A DNA stretch of 64,000 nt from Macrostomum hystrix (lineage: Eukaryota > Animalia > Platyhelminthes), in assembly GCA_950097015.1 (NCBI GenBank), contig CATNEN010000038.1, forward strand, positions 32,240,001-32,304,000, in the 5' to 3' direction. Of the stretch, positions 1 through 12,530 are shown piece after piece. Made by a program: the position numbers and the translations under genes. How positions within the stretch are numbered: the first letter of the stretch is position 1; each line of letters starts with the position of its first letter. A model generated the notes under the pieces. It was not told where the DNA came from, did no database searches, and saw nothing but the letters and a program-made list of their open reading frames with translations.

Positions 1-432
1 CTATCTACGATTCCAGATACGGTTCTATCTACGATTCCAGATACGGTTCTAGCTACGATTCCAGATACGGTTCTAGCTACGATTCCAGATACGATTCTAG
101 CTACGATTCCAGATACGGTTCTAGCTACGATTCCAGATACGGTACTAGCTACAATTCCAGATACGGTTCTAGCTACGATTCCAGATACGATTCTAGCTAC
201 GATTCCAGATACGGTTCTAGCTACGATTCCAGATACGGTTCTAGCTACGATTCCAGATACGATTCTAGCTACGATTCCAGATACGGTTCTAGCTACGATT
301 CCAGATACGGTACTAGCTACAATTCCAGATACGGTTCTAGCTACGATTCCAGATACGGTTCTAGCTACGATTCCAGATACGGTACTAGCTACAATTCCAG
401 ATACGGTTCTAGCTACGATTCCAGATACCATT
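1..432. repeat. 24-bp minisatellite (GTTCTAGCTACGATTCCAGATACG)n, intronic in the Hv gene, truncated by window start
   Basis: Direct tandem periodicity of 24 nt. Confidence 0.95.
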
Positions 433-525
433 CTAGAGGATAAGTACCCTCGCTAAGTGCTCACCCAGACTTAGGCTCAAATAAAGTTATTCATGTTATT
501 CATTGAAAACCTTTCCACCGCTTAC

Positions 526-649
526 CATTAATCACTCGAACAATGCGCCACAATAGAAACAGCACAATCACCGATACCTCGGACGATTCCAGCTTAACGA
601 AGACAATGTCGGCTACGAATGAGACGGCGATCACTACGGCGTCGACAAC
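526..649 (-). CDS. HVCN1: Voltage-gated proton channel (Hv family) exon encoding S3-S4
   Basis: cag|...|gtaag boundaries; translates VVDAVVIAVSFVADIVFVKLESSEVSVIVLFLLWRIVRVIN-G, matching Hv1 S3/S4 (human ILDAVVVVVSFILDIV...LLRLWRVARIING); phase 0 join to the upstream ...KFE exon. Missed by the ORF track. The gene continues beyond position 1. Confidence 0.92.
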
Positions 650-894
650 CTGGGCGAGGAAAAAACAAATTGTTTTGTTATAATAACTTCCAGTTTTTAT
701 AATCGTAGGTTTTTAAGCAAGCAAATTTTCAGTTCAGGTTTTTACTGATTTGTACTTTAATGATTCTGTACTTTATAAGTCCCGCTGTTGAGCCTACAGC
801 CTGTCTTCCCTATGCTTAAATTCCCATCTCTAGTATTGAATTTCTAGCATTGTCAATTTTCAACATTGTCATGGTAAAAGAAATCGATTCTCAC

Positions 895-1349
895 CTCGAA
901 TTTGTCGCGCAGGAAGCCCCGACCCAGGCAGACAATTTTGAGTGCCACCTCGGTGACGAACAGAGCGAGTATGGCTATGCTAACGCAGTGCAGAACACCC
1001 GAGACTGCGTGCAGCACCCTGGCGTGGCTGTAGTCATGGTGGAAGCTGCTGAACAGCGACCTGGCCCCGTTGCCGGCAGCAGGCAATGCCGCGCGCCTAT
1101 TGGCCGGCCTGTCAACCGACAATTGATTGACAGGTTCTGGACAGCCGGCGCTGATGTTGCCAGCCGAAGCCAGGGCTGTCACCACCGCGTTCATACCGGA
1201 GGCCAGCTTCTCGGCGAATTGCGGCGCCGCCAGAAGCTGCGGCGAGAAGTCCGGCAGGAGTAGGCCGCGCCTGGCCAGCTCGGCGGCGAAGCTGGCGTTG
1301 ACGAAGGTGGCCGTGCGGACAAACGCTGACTCCAGCTCTTGCTTCTCGC
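895..1349 (-). CDS. HVCN1: Hv channel exon: long S1-S2 loop plus S2
   Basis: catccag| acceptor (phase 1) and GAG|gtgag donor; ends VLHCVSIAILALFVTEVALKIVCLGRGFLRDKFE, matching human S2 [34 protein letters not shown]. Confidence 0.9.
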
Positions 1350-1388
1350 CTGGATGTTCGCGGGGTTCGAGAATGTGTGAGGGGATAA

Positions 1389-1517
1389 GTAATAAAAATA
1401 ATTGCAGGAGGGCTGCGGGCAATGGCGCATCGTTTGGTGACACTAGACCCGCAGCCATCGAGGAGGCAATTCTGCCCTTTCCGCTGACTCCTGAGCACAC
1501 GTTCACACAGGTGTGTG
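1389..1517 (-). mobile_element. 5'-truncated copy of SINE family A (3' part with TTA-like tail), intronic
   Basis: Shares TAATTGCAGGAGGGCTGC..GCAATGGC..GACCCGCAG..GAGGAGGCAA with 28217-28300, and GAGGCAATTCTGCCC..CTGACTCCTGAGCACAC with 61730-61770. Confidence 0.8.
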
Positions 1518-1659
1518 AATCTCAGCCCGTTCGGATATAAATATACATCCGAACATCTGGCCCAATTGGTGTTGGTGTCATCATTTCTAAATCTAAAGCT
1601 TAATTCTTTGCTGTTTTTTTTCGCTAAAAAAAGTTGTGAGAAATTTTCGTCACTCTTAC

Positions 1660-1817
1660 TGTTCAGTGCCTTGATCTCCAGTATGATCTCGGCGATGACA
1701 AGGACTGCGTCGATAAGCACCAGTGCACATAAGACTATTTGCGCCGCATTGGACCTGATGCACTGCAGCAGCCTCTGCTTCCAACTGCGAGGGCGATAGT
1801 GATTGGTTGCATTTTTT
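1660..1817 (-). CDS. HVCN1: Hv channel exon: S0/S1 with selectivity-filter Asp
   Basis: ctcag| acceptor and A|gtaag donor; KNATNHYRPRSWKQRLLQCIRSNAAQIVLCALVLIDAVLVIAEIILEIKALN aligns with human [25 protein letters not shown] (D112 and E119 retained). Confidence 0.92.
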
Positions 1818-1849
1818 CTGAGTAACCCCCTCACTCCAAAACAATTCGC

Positions 1850-2150
1850 TTACACCCACCTCACTCCTAGATAGCCTAGAATTCACAACCACCTCATTCC
1901 CAGCTGGCCTAGAATTCACACCCACCTCACTCCCAGCTGGCCTAGAATTCACACCCACCCCACTCCCAGCCAGCCTAGAATTCACACCCATCTCACACTC
2001 CCAGCTAGCCTAGAATTCACACCCACCTCATTCCCAGCTAGCCCAGAATTCACAACCACCCCACTCACAGCTGGCCTAGAAGTCTCACCCATCCCACTCC
2101 CAGCCAGCCTAGAATTCACACCCACCTCACTCCCAGCTGGCCTAGAATTC
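1850..2150. repeat. ~33-bp minisatellite (CCTAGAATTCACACCCACCTCACTCCCAGCTGG)n, intronic
   Basis: About 9 degenerate tandem copies. Confidence 0.9.
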
Positions 2151-2169
2151 AGCGACCATTTAGCCTCAC

Positions 2170-2289
2170 CTCGGCCGCTTGGCCCGATTGTCGGCCGAGC
2201 CTAGCTCCGACTGCAGCAGACTCAAATCGATGTTATCCTTCTGCAGTTGCTTGATGAAGTTCTTGTTGTGCAACCAGCCGTACTGATAA
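2170..2289 (-). CDS. HVCN1: Hv channel N-terminal exon
   Basis: ttgcag| acceptor (phase 2) and AG|gtgag donor (phase 2, joins 1817); YQYGWLHNKNFIKQLQKDNIDLSLLQSELGSADNRAKRPR is open. Confidence 0.75.
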
Positions 2290-2367
2290 CTGCAACTATG
2301 TGGAAGCTTGTCTATTAGTATGGAAGTAAAAAGTTAAATCAATTTATATCTATAAAGTTATACTTAC

Positions 2368-2417
2368 CGTCTGCGACTTAAGCAAATGTCACCTTTGACT
2401 TGAGAGTAGATTAACAT
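2368..2417 (-). CDS. Candidate proximal first coding exon of the Hv gene (MLIYSQVKGDICLSRR)
   Basis: ATG at 2417 with an in-frame stop just upstream; strong CG|gtaagt donor, phase 2 compatible with the exon at 2289. Confidence 0.5.
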
Positions 2418-3271
2418 TTCTTAATCTTTTTTCTAAGAAAGCGGGGTCCTAGCTTGGCTTTTTTAGGACATTCAATTATGAAGTCTGAAACCACAGTCTC
2501 ATTAACTTTCCTTTCTATGCTAGGCCTGTACTCTGCGTCCCCATGGGTTGTAGTTCAGTTCTATTTGAATTCGGATGGGGGATGGGCAGGGGCAAAGGCT
2601 TGGCTCTGGTTGGTTGGTTCAGGAATAGACGAAAAAAATTCATCATTGCTAACCAGGCAGAGACCCCACAATCATTTCAGGTTCTTCTTCCTGTCTTTAT
2701 ATTATTAACCACCTGCTGCAAGCCCCGAGTCTACCTAGCTTTGACTCTAATATTTTTTTATCCTATTCCTTTATAAAGAGGAAGCAACAATTGCAGCAGC
2801 AGCAGCAGCAGCAGCAGCCACCCGATGGATGCTGAGGATAGCTCGATAGAGGAGAGAGGATGTAATAGAAAAAAATTGGGGCATGAGAGCTAGCTATCAG
2901 GGGGGAATGAAAGACGGACAGACAAGCTGAATGACAATTGACGCCTCATCAATGCCTATTGCTAAGTTTGGTCGCACTCGAAAAACTACTCACGGTGAGT
3001 TAGGAAAGAATGGATGAAACTGGTAGAAGCATTGTTTTCCATTCTGGCGACGTTTCTGCCAGCTCTTCATAATTCAGAATTTTGCACATCTCAGGCTTCT
3101 CAACATTCTGTACAACTTAGAAAATAGCGACCTTGTTGTTAGACAAGAGCTAAGGGTTGTACTTTACTCGCAGCTACTTGTACACTGAAATATCATAACA
3201 GCTTTGTATTCCGATGCTGTGCAAATGTATGAAGTGCAAGGCAAATCTACTGTTCACACCAATAATCATAC

Positions 3272-3637
3272 TAGATCCGTTCACACCTAGGTCTATTCAC
3301 ACCCAGATCCGTCCACACCCAGATCCGTTCACACACAGATCTGTTGACACTTAGATCCATTCACATCCAGATCCATTCACACCCAGATCTATTCACACCC
3401 AGATCCATTCACACCCAGATCCATTCACACCCAGATCCATTCACATCCAGATCCATTCACACCCAGATCTATTCACACCCAGATCCATTCACACCCAGAT
3501 CCATTCACACCCAGATCTGTTGACACTTAGATCCATTCACATCCAGATCCATTCACACCCAGATCCATTCACACCCAGATCCATTCACACCCAGATCCAT
3601 TCACACCCAGATCCATTCACACCCAGACCCATTCACG
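3272..3637. repeat. 16-bp minisatellite (GATCCATTCACACCCA)n
   Basis: Direct tandem repeats; same unit as 5480-6715. Confidence 0.95.
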
Positions 3638-4437
3638 CTTATACTCACAAGTCCAAATCAGTTTATTTTTACCCTATTTAACAACTATATGAGTGCTATC
3701 AAACAAATATAATTAGGCTTTCTAACAATGCTTTAATATTAGGCCTTTGCTCACTACTTGCACACCAACAGGTAAGTAGCACGATACAAACTTTAAGATG
3801 TAAAATTTGAGAAGGTAAATATTGGGAAAGACATAAGTAATCGATTCCTGTTCTAGCAAAAAAACAAAATAAAAAGTACATTTTTAATATTCTTACCCCA
3901 ATAAGAGTGCAAACTGATACACTTTTATCAAAACCACCTCAAAAACTGCGACCCATCAAGTTGCAATAGTTGAGTGCACTTTCAACTCAGGCAAAGCAAC
4001 AGGTTAAACAATAACTTTTATCAACCTCACCTCGTCAGATTGAGAACTGTTTTCCCACGCAAAAAATGAAGCAGCTGTTTTTTTCTCTTCTCAGAAGATG
4101 CGCGTAAGGATTGACAGGTTGAATTTCGGAATTACTGAAGACAATTTTTTGGACAGAATTTGAAAAATTTAAGCCCATCTCGACTCAAATAAGCAAAAAT
4201 TCTTGAGTTGCGTATAGAAAATTATGTGCTTTGAGATATACGTGGATCATACGGAGTTTTGTGAATATACGAAGTAGGTACTGTTAATTTTAATGGGCTA
4301 ACATTCACAAATGACAGCCAGCGGGTGTGAAAAATTTCCTAATCGATAATAACAGGAAGATGGCCGAGAACGAATGTGGGGATTCTTGTGGGAGAAAGTG
4401 TCAAAATGAGCGAGATTTGAGATCGCAATTTTCACGA

Positions 4438-6720
4438 ACTGTTCACGCAAGATCTGTTCACACAAGATCTGTTCACACAAGATCTGTTCACACAAGATCT
4501 GTTCACACAAGATCTGTTCACACAAGATCTGTTCACACAAGATCTGTTCACACAAGATCTGTTCACGCAAGATCTGTTCACACAAGATCTGTTCACACAA
4601 GATCTGTTCACACAAGATCTGCTCACACAAGATCTGTTCACACAAGATCTGTTCACATAAGATCTGCTCACACAAGATCTGTTCACACAAGATCTGTTCA
4701 CACAAGATCTGTTCACACAAGATCTGCTCACACAAGATCTGTTCACACAAGATCTGTTAACGCAAGATCTGTTCACGCAAGATCTGTTAACGCAAGATCT
4801 GTTCACGCAAGATCTGTTCACACAAGATCTGTTCACACAAGATCTGTTCACACAAGATCTGTTCACACAAGATCTGTTCACACAAGATCTGCTCACACAA
4901 GATCTGTTCACACAAGATCTGCTCACACAAGATCTGTTCACACAAGATCTGTTAACGCAAGATCTGTTCACGCAAGATCTGTTAACGCAAGATCTGTTCA
5001 CGCAAGATCTGTTCACACAAGATCTGTTCACACAAGATCTGTTCACACAAGATCTGTTCACACAAGATCTGTTCACACAAGATCTGCTCACACAAGATCT
5101 GTTCACACAAGATCTGTTCACACAAGATCTGTTCACACAAGATCTGCTCACACAAGATCTGTTCACACAAGATCTGTTCATACAAGATCTGTTCACACAA
5201 GATCTGTTCACGCAAGATCTTTTCACACAAGATCTGTTCACACAAGATCTGCTCACACAAGATCTGTTCACACAAGATCTGTTCATACAAGATCTGTTCA
5301 CACAAGATCTGTTCACGCAAGATCTGTTCACACAAGATCTGTTCACGCAAGATCTGTTCACACAAGATCTGTTCACACAAGATCTGCTCACACAAGATCT
5401 GTTCACACAAGATCTGTTCACACAAGATCTGTTCACACAAGATCTGTTCACGCAAGATCTGTTCACACAAGATCTGTTCACACCCAGATCCATTAACACC
5501 CAGATCCATTCACACCCAGATCCATTCACACCCAGATCCATTCACACCCAGATCCATTCACACCTAGATCCGTTCACACCCAGATCCATTAACACCCAGA
5601 TCCATTCACACCCAGATCCATTAACACCCAGATCTGTTCACACAAGATCCATTCACACCCAGATCCATTCACACCCAGATCCATTCACACCCAGATCCAT
5701 TCACACCCAGATCCATTCACACCCAGATCCATTAACACCCAGATCCATTCACACCCAGATCCATTCACACCCAGATCTGCTCACAACCAGATCCATTCAA
5801 ACCCAGATCCATTCACACCCAGATCCATTCACACCCAGATCCATTCACACCCAGATCCATTCACACCCAGATCCATTCACACCCAGATCCATTCACACCC
5901 AGATCCATTCACACCCAGATCCATTCACACCCAGATCCATTCACACCCAGATCCATTCACACCCAGATCCATTCACACCCAGATCTATTCACACCCAGAT
6001 CCATTCACACCCAGATCCATTCACACCCAGATCTGTTGACACTTAGATCCGTTCACACCCAGATCCATTCACACCCAGATCCATTCACACCCAGATCCAT
6101 TCACACCCAGATCCATTCACACCCAGATCCATTCACACCCAGATCCATTCACACCCAGATCCATTCACACCCAGATCCATTCACACCCAGATCCATTCAC
6201 ACCCAGATCCATTCACACCCAGATCCATTCACACCCAGATCCATTCACACCCAGATCCATTCACACCCAGATCCATTCACACCCAGATCCATTCACACCC
6301 AGATCCATTCACACCCAGATCCATTCACACCCAGATCCATTCACACCCAGATCCATTCACACCCAGATCCATTCACACCCAGATCCATTCACACCCAGAT
6401 CCATTCACACCCAGATCCATTCACACCCAGATCCATTCACACCCAGATCCATTCACACCCAGATCCATTCACACCCAGATCCATTCACACCCAGATCCAT
6501 TCACACCCAGATCCATTCACACCCAGATCCATTCACACCCAGATCCATTCGCACCCAGATCCATTCACACCCAGATCCATTCACACCCAGATCCATTCAC
6601 ACCCAGATCCATTCACACCCAGATCCATTCACACCCAGATCCATTCACACCCAGATCCATTCACACCCAGATCCATTCACACCTAGATCCATTCACACCC
6701 AGATCCATTCACTCCTAGAT
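4438..6720. repeat. Compound minisatellite: 15-bp (GATCTGTTCACACAA)n switching at ~5480 to 16-bp (GATCCATTCACACCCA)n
   Basis: Direct periodicity; explains the RSVHT/CEQIL/VNRSC and HTQIHSHPDPFTPRSI ORFs. Confidence 0.97.
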
Positions 6721-7277
6721 AGAAGATTATTGTGCATAATAGGTGGAAAAAGCGAAACAATAAAACAAAAGTAACATTTAAAAAAGTTTGTGTAATTACG
6801 CAGAAAGACTTGCGGTTTCTAAGGAAGATTGTGAGAATCAGTCTGGTCTATTTGCACAAGCTAAGCTAGTTGTGTATACTGACACTGTTTAACTGCAACC
6901 TAACATGCTAATATTGGGCCTACGTGAATGTCGCTAAAAGTGCAAAGCTGGTCGTTCTGCAGCAGGCATGCAGGATTGCTGGTTGCTATATACTGTTAAA
7001 TTGCTTCTAAAGGCATCGGGCGACTGCGCTTTCGCTAGGTTAGTTAGAAAAGTCATTGCGAAGTGTATACTGAGTGATATTTCGTGTTAAAATGGCAGGT
7101 ACACATTGCCACACGACTGAGTCCCATTGAGCAGCTTGAGGGCTTTCAAAATCTGCCCCTTACGGCTGAAATCACTTGGAGGGCTTACGCAGCAGCGAAT
7201 GGCGAAATTTCATGCACCAAATGTCTGAATTAATTGTCTGTAAGAGTCTTTCACACCCAGATCTAACTTTTAGATCT

Positions 7278-8750
7278 AACTGTTAGAAAAACTAGAGTCC
7301 TGTTAGAGAAAACTAGAGAACTGTTAGACAAACTAGAGACCTGTTAGACAAACTAGAGAACTGTTAGACAAACTAGAGACCTGTTAGACAAACTAGAGAC
7401 CTGTTAGACAAACTAGAGACCTGTTAGACAAACTAGAGACCTGTTAGACAAACTAGAGAACTGTTAGACAAACTAGAGAACTGTTAGACAAACTAGAGAA
7501 CTGTTAGAGAAAACTAGAGAACTGTTAGACAAACTAGAGACCTGTTAGACAAACTAGAGAACTGTTAGACAAACTAGAGACCTGTTAGACAAACTAGAGA
7601 ACTGTTAGACAAACTAGAGACCTGTTAGACAAACTAGAGAACTGTTAGACAAACTAGAGAACTGTTAGATAATCTAGAGACCTGTTAGACAAACTAGAGA
7701 CCTGTTAGATAATCTAGAGACCTGTTAGATAATCTAGAGACCTGTTAGATAATCTAGAGACCTGTTAGACAAACTAGAGACCTGTTAGATAATCTAGAGA
7801 CCTGTTAGATAATCTAGAGACCTGTTAGATAATCTAGAGACCTGTTAGATAATCTAGAGACCTGTTAGACAAACTAGAGACCTGTTAGATAATCTAGAGA
7901 CCTGTTAGATAATCTAGAGACCTGTTAGACAAAGTAGAGACCTGTTAGATAATCTAGAGACTGTTAGATAATCTAGAGACCTGTTAGATAATCTAGAGAC
8001 CTGTTAGACAAACTAGAGACCTGTTAGATAATCTAGAGACCTGTTAGACAAACTAGAGACCTGTTAGATAATCTAGAGACCTGTTAGATAATCTAGAGAC
8101 CTGTTAGACAAACTAGAGACCTGTTAGATAATCTAGAGACCTGTTAGATAATCTAGAGACCTGTTAGATAATCTAGAGACCTGTTAGATAATCTAGAGAC
8201 CTGTTAGATAATCTAGAGACCTGTTAGACAAACTAGAGACCTGTCAGATAATCTAGAGACCTGTTAGACAAACTAGAGACCTGTTAGATAATCTAGAGAC
8301 CTGTTAGATAATCTAGAGACCTGTTAGACAAACTAGAGACCTGTTAGATAATCTAGAGACCTGTTAGACAAACTAGAGACCTGTTAGATAATCTAGAGAC
8401 CTGTTAGATAATCTAGAGACCTGTTAGATAATCTAGAGACCTGTTAGACAAACTAGAGACCTGTTAGATAATCTAGAGACCTGTTAGACAAACTAGAGAC
8501 CTGTTAGATAATCTAGAGACCTGTTAGACAATCTAGAGACCTGTTAGATAATCTAGAGACCTGTTAGACAAACTAGAGACCTGTTAGATAATCTAGAGAC
8601 CTGTTAGATAATCTAGATACCTGTTAGATAATCTAGAGACCTGTTAGACAAACTAGAGACCTGTTAGATAATCTAGAGACCTGTTAGACAAACTAGAGAC
8701 CTGTTAGATAATCTAGAGACCTGTTAGATAATCTAGAGACCTGTTAGAAA
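7278..8750. repeat. 20-bp minisatellite (CTGTTAGACAAACTAGAGAC / CTGTTAGATAATCTAGAGAC)n
   Basis: Two interspersed unit variants. Confidence 0.97.
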
Positions 8751-9272
8751 ACCTTAAAAATCTGTTAAGTAGCATTTAAAATAGCCAACGTCGCTCTCCC
8801 GTAATGGCGCCTAACAAAGTCCCAAATTAGCAGAACCTGAAACCCGGACTGCTCATTTGGATCGATAAAGGAAGAAAGCGGACTGAGATCATAGGAGTGG
8901 ACACCCAAGAAGAGATAATTGCTTTTCTGTGCGTTAGTTTTATTGATCTAAAAAAATCCCATATGATGTGTATGTACTCGTAGCAGGCAACCTCACATCC
9001 ATACCTTTTTTGGATTGCTAATTGGTCAAACAATTATCATTGCCGTCCTTTCAATTTTTTCCCTGCGTTTAAAGGCGCAGCAATTCAATTTTCTCTAATA
9101 AATGTGTCTTGTTTAAGCCTCAAAATTAACCATAGGCTTGTACAGCAGATCGAAACCCAAATTAAGCCTTTTATGCGGGTCAAGATTAAAAAAACTAGCT
9201 GGCTATGCACTGTAGCTTCATGCACAGAACTAAGAACTGAGCTGACTAAACTCTGATAAACTGAAATTCAAC

Positions 9273-10890
9273 GAGATTGAGAGAGATTGATAAGGATTAG
9301 GAGAGATTGATAGAGATTGATAGAGATTGGGAGAGAGTGATAGAGATTGATAGAGATTGAGAGAGATTTAGAGAGATTGATAAGGATTAGGAGAGATTGA
9401 TAGAGATTGATAGAGACTGAGAGAGATTTAGAGAGATTGCTAGAGATTGGGATAGAGTGATAGAGATTGATAAGAATGATAGAGATTGGGAGAGATTGAT
9501 AAAGATTGGGAGAGATTGATAGAGATTGGGAGAGATTGATAGAGATTGCTAGAGATTGGGAGAGAGTGATAGAGATTGGGAGAGATTGATAAAGATTGGG
9601 AGAGATTGATAGAGATTGCTAGAGATTGGGAGAGAGTGATAGAGATTGATGAGAATGATAGAGAATGATAAAGATAAGGAGAGATTGATAGAGATTGGGA
9701 GAGATTGATAAAGATTGGGAGAGATTGATAGAGATTGCTAGAGATTGGGAGAGAGTGATAGAGATTGATGAGAATGATAGAGAATGATAAAGATAAGGAG
9801 AGATTGATAGAGATTGGGAGAGATTGATAAAGATTGGGAGAGATTGATATAGATTAGGAGAGATTGATAGAGATTGAGAGAGATTGATAGAGATTAGGAG
9901 AGATTGATAGAGATTGAGAGAGATTGATAGAGATTGCTAGAGATTGGGATAGAGTGATAGAGATTGATGAGATTGATAGAGATTGGGAGAGATTGATAGA
10001 GATTGGGAGAGATTGATAGAGATTGCTAGAGATTGGGAGAGAGTGATAGAGATTGATGAGAATGATAGAGAATGATAAAGATAAGGAGAGATTGATAGAG
10101 ATTGCTAGAGATTGGGAGAGAGTGATAGAGATTGATGAGAATGATAGAGAATGATAAAGATAAGGAGAGATTGATAGAGATTGGGAGAGATTGATAAAGA
10201 TTGGGAGAGATTGATATAGATTAGGAGAGATTGATAGAGATTGAGAGAGATTGATAGAGATTAGGAGAGATTGATAGAGATTGAGAGAGATTGATAGAGA
10301 TTGCTAGAGATTGGGATAGAGTGATAGAGATTGATGAGAATGATAGAGATTGGAAGAGATTGATAGAGATTGGGAGAGATTGATAGAGATTGCTAGAGAT
10401 TGGGAGAGAGTGATAGAGATTGATGAGAATGATAGAGAATGATAAAGATAAGGAGAGATTGATAGAGATTGCTAGAGATTGGGAGAGAGTGATAGAGATT
10501 GATGAGAATGATAGAGAATGATAAAGATAAGGAGAGATTGATAGAGATTGGGAGAGATTGAAAAAGATTGCTAGAGATTGATAGAGATTAGGAGAGATTG
10601 ATAGAGATTGAGAGAGATTGATAGAGATTAGGAGAGATTGATAGAGATTGAGAGAGATTGATAGAGATTGCTAGAGATTGGGATAGAGTGATAGAGATTG
10701 ATGAGAATGATAGAGAATGATAAAGATAAGGAGAGATTGATAGAGATTGGGAGAGATTGATAGAGATTGATGTGAATGATAGAGAATGAAAAAGATTAAG
10801 AGAGATTGATAGATATTAAGAGAGATTGATAGAGATTAAGAGAGATTGATAGAGATTAAGAGAGATTGATAGAGATTAATAGAGATTGGT
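9273..10890. repeat. Purine-rich 10-bp minisatellite (GATTGATAGA)n with variants
   Basis: Direct periodicity. Confidence 0.93.
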
Positions 10891-11044
10891 GAATATTGAT
10901 GGAGATCGAGGGGAAAGTGATTTAAGCTACATGATTACATGTTCACCGAAACTATTCATAATTCATAATTAATTCCAATCAAAACCCTTATCTGATCGTA
11001 AATTATGAGTATTTTTGCACTTAGCGAGACTCTAAATTACTCAT

Positions 11045-12290
11045 TACTAACTAATAACTGGGATAATTTACAATCTTGGGATATTTTACTAACTGGGGGA
11101 TAATTTACTAATCCTGGGATATTTTACTAACTGGGGGATAATTTACTAACTGGGGGATAATTTACTAACTGGGGGATAATTTACTAACTCGGGGATATTT
11201 TACTAACTGGGGGATAATTTACTAATCCTAGGGTATTTTACTAACTGGGGGATAATTTACTAATCCTGGGGTATTTTACTAACTGGGGGATAATTTACTA
11301 ATCCTGGGATATTTTACTAACTGGGGGATAATTTACTAATCCTAGGGTATTTTACTAACTGGGGGATAATTTACTAATCCTGTGGTATTTTATTAACGGG
11401 GGCATAATTTACTAACTGGGGGATAATTTACTAACTGGGGGATAATTTACTAACTGGGGGATAATTTACTAACTGGGGGATAATTTACTAACTGGGGGAT
11501 AATTTACCAATCCTAGGGTATTTTACTAACTGGGGGATAATTTACTAACTGGGGGATAATTCACTAACTGGGGGATAATTTACTAATCCTAGGGTATTTT
11601 ACTAACTGGGGGATAATTTACTAACTGGGGGATAATTCACTAACTGGGGGATAATTTACTAATCCTAGGGTATTTTACTAACTGGGGGATAATTTACTAA
11701 CTGGGGGATAATTCACTAACTGGGGGATAATTTACTAATCCTAGGGTATTTTACTAACTGGGGGAAAATTTACTAACTGGGGGATAATTCACTAACTGGG
11801 GGATAATTTACTAATCCTAGGGTATTTTACTAACTGGGGGATAATTTACTAACTGGGGGGATAATTTACTAATCCTGGGGTATTTTATTAACGGGGGCAT
11901 AATTTACTAATCGTGGGATAATTTACTAACCGGGGGATAATTTACTAACTGGGGGATAATTCACTAACTGGGGGATAATTTACTAATCCTAGGGTATTTT
12001 ACTAACTGGGGGATAATTTACTAACTGGGGGATAATTCACTAACTGGGGGATAATTTACTAATCCTAGGGTATTTTACTAACTGGGGGATAATTTACTAA
12101 TCCTGGGGTATTTTATTAACGGGGGCATAATTTACTAATCGTGGGATAATTTACTAACCGGGGGATAATTTACTAATCGTGGGATAATTTACTAACCGGT
12201 GGATAATTTACTAATCCTGGGATAATTTACTTACAACAGGGGGTAATTTAATAACTGGCGATAATTACATAATTCTGGGATAATTTATGA
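11045..12290. repeat. ~19-bp minisatellite (TGGGGGATAATTTACTAAC)n
   Basis: Direct periodicity, degenerate edges. Confidence 0.95.
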
Positions 12291-12378
12291 GCTGGCTAAA
12301 GAGAGGTTTACTAAATTTGGATCATTTCCTAACTGAAGTGAATAACTAAGTGGGATAATCAGTGAGAGTTGTACTCAC

Positions 12379-12530
12379 TCAACGAATAGGCAAGAGTCAG
12401 CCTTTGAACCGCCGTTAACTCCATCGAAGTCCTCTTCATTCGATAATCGAGAATTTGCACTCTCAAAGCTGCCGTCAGCTGTGAGTTGCTGCCGCTGATG
12501 CTGATTCTCTTTAATGATGTTGCTTTGCAT
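12379..12530 (-). CDS. Coding exon, probably the distal first coding exon of the Hv gene
   Basis: catag|ATG start and GA|gtgagt donor; open frame MQSNIIKENQHQRQQLTADGSFESANSRLSNEEDFDGVNGGSKADSCLFV; phase-2 end fits the Hv exon at 2289 (GA|T = Asp). Gene assignment is inference. Confidence 0.55.

Noticed and set aside
1350-1506. N-terminal part of ORF 853..1506 as Hv coding sequence
   Set aside because: It is SINE/intron sequence; the real exon begins at the acceptor at 1349, in phase with the S1 exon
4298-6686. Long His/Cys-rich repeat ORFs (RSVHT, VNRSC, CEQIL, HSHPDPF)
   Set aside because: Translations of 15/16-bp minisatellites, open in several frames on both strands, with no splice or codon evidence
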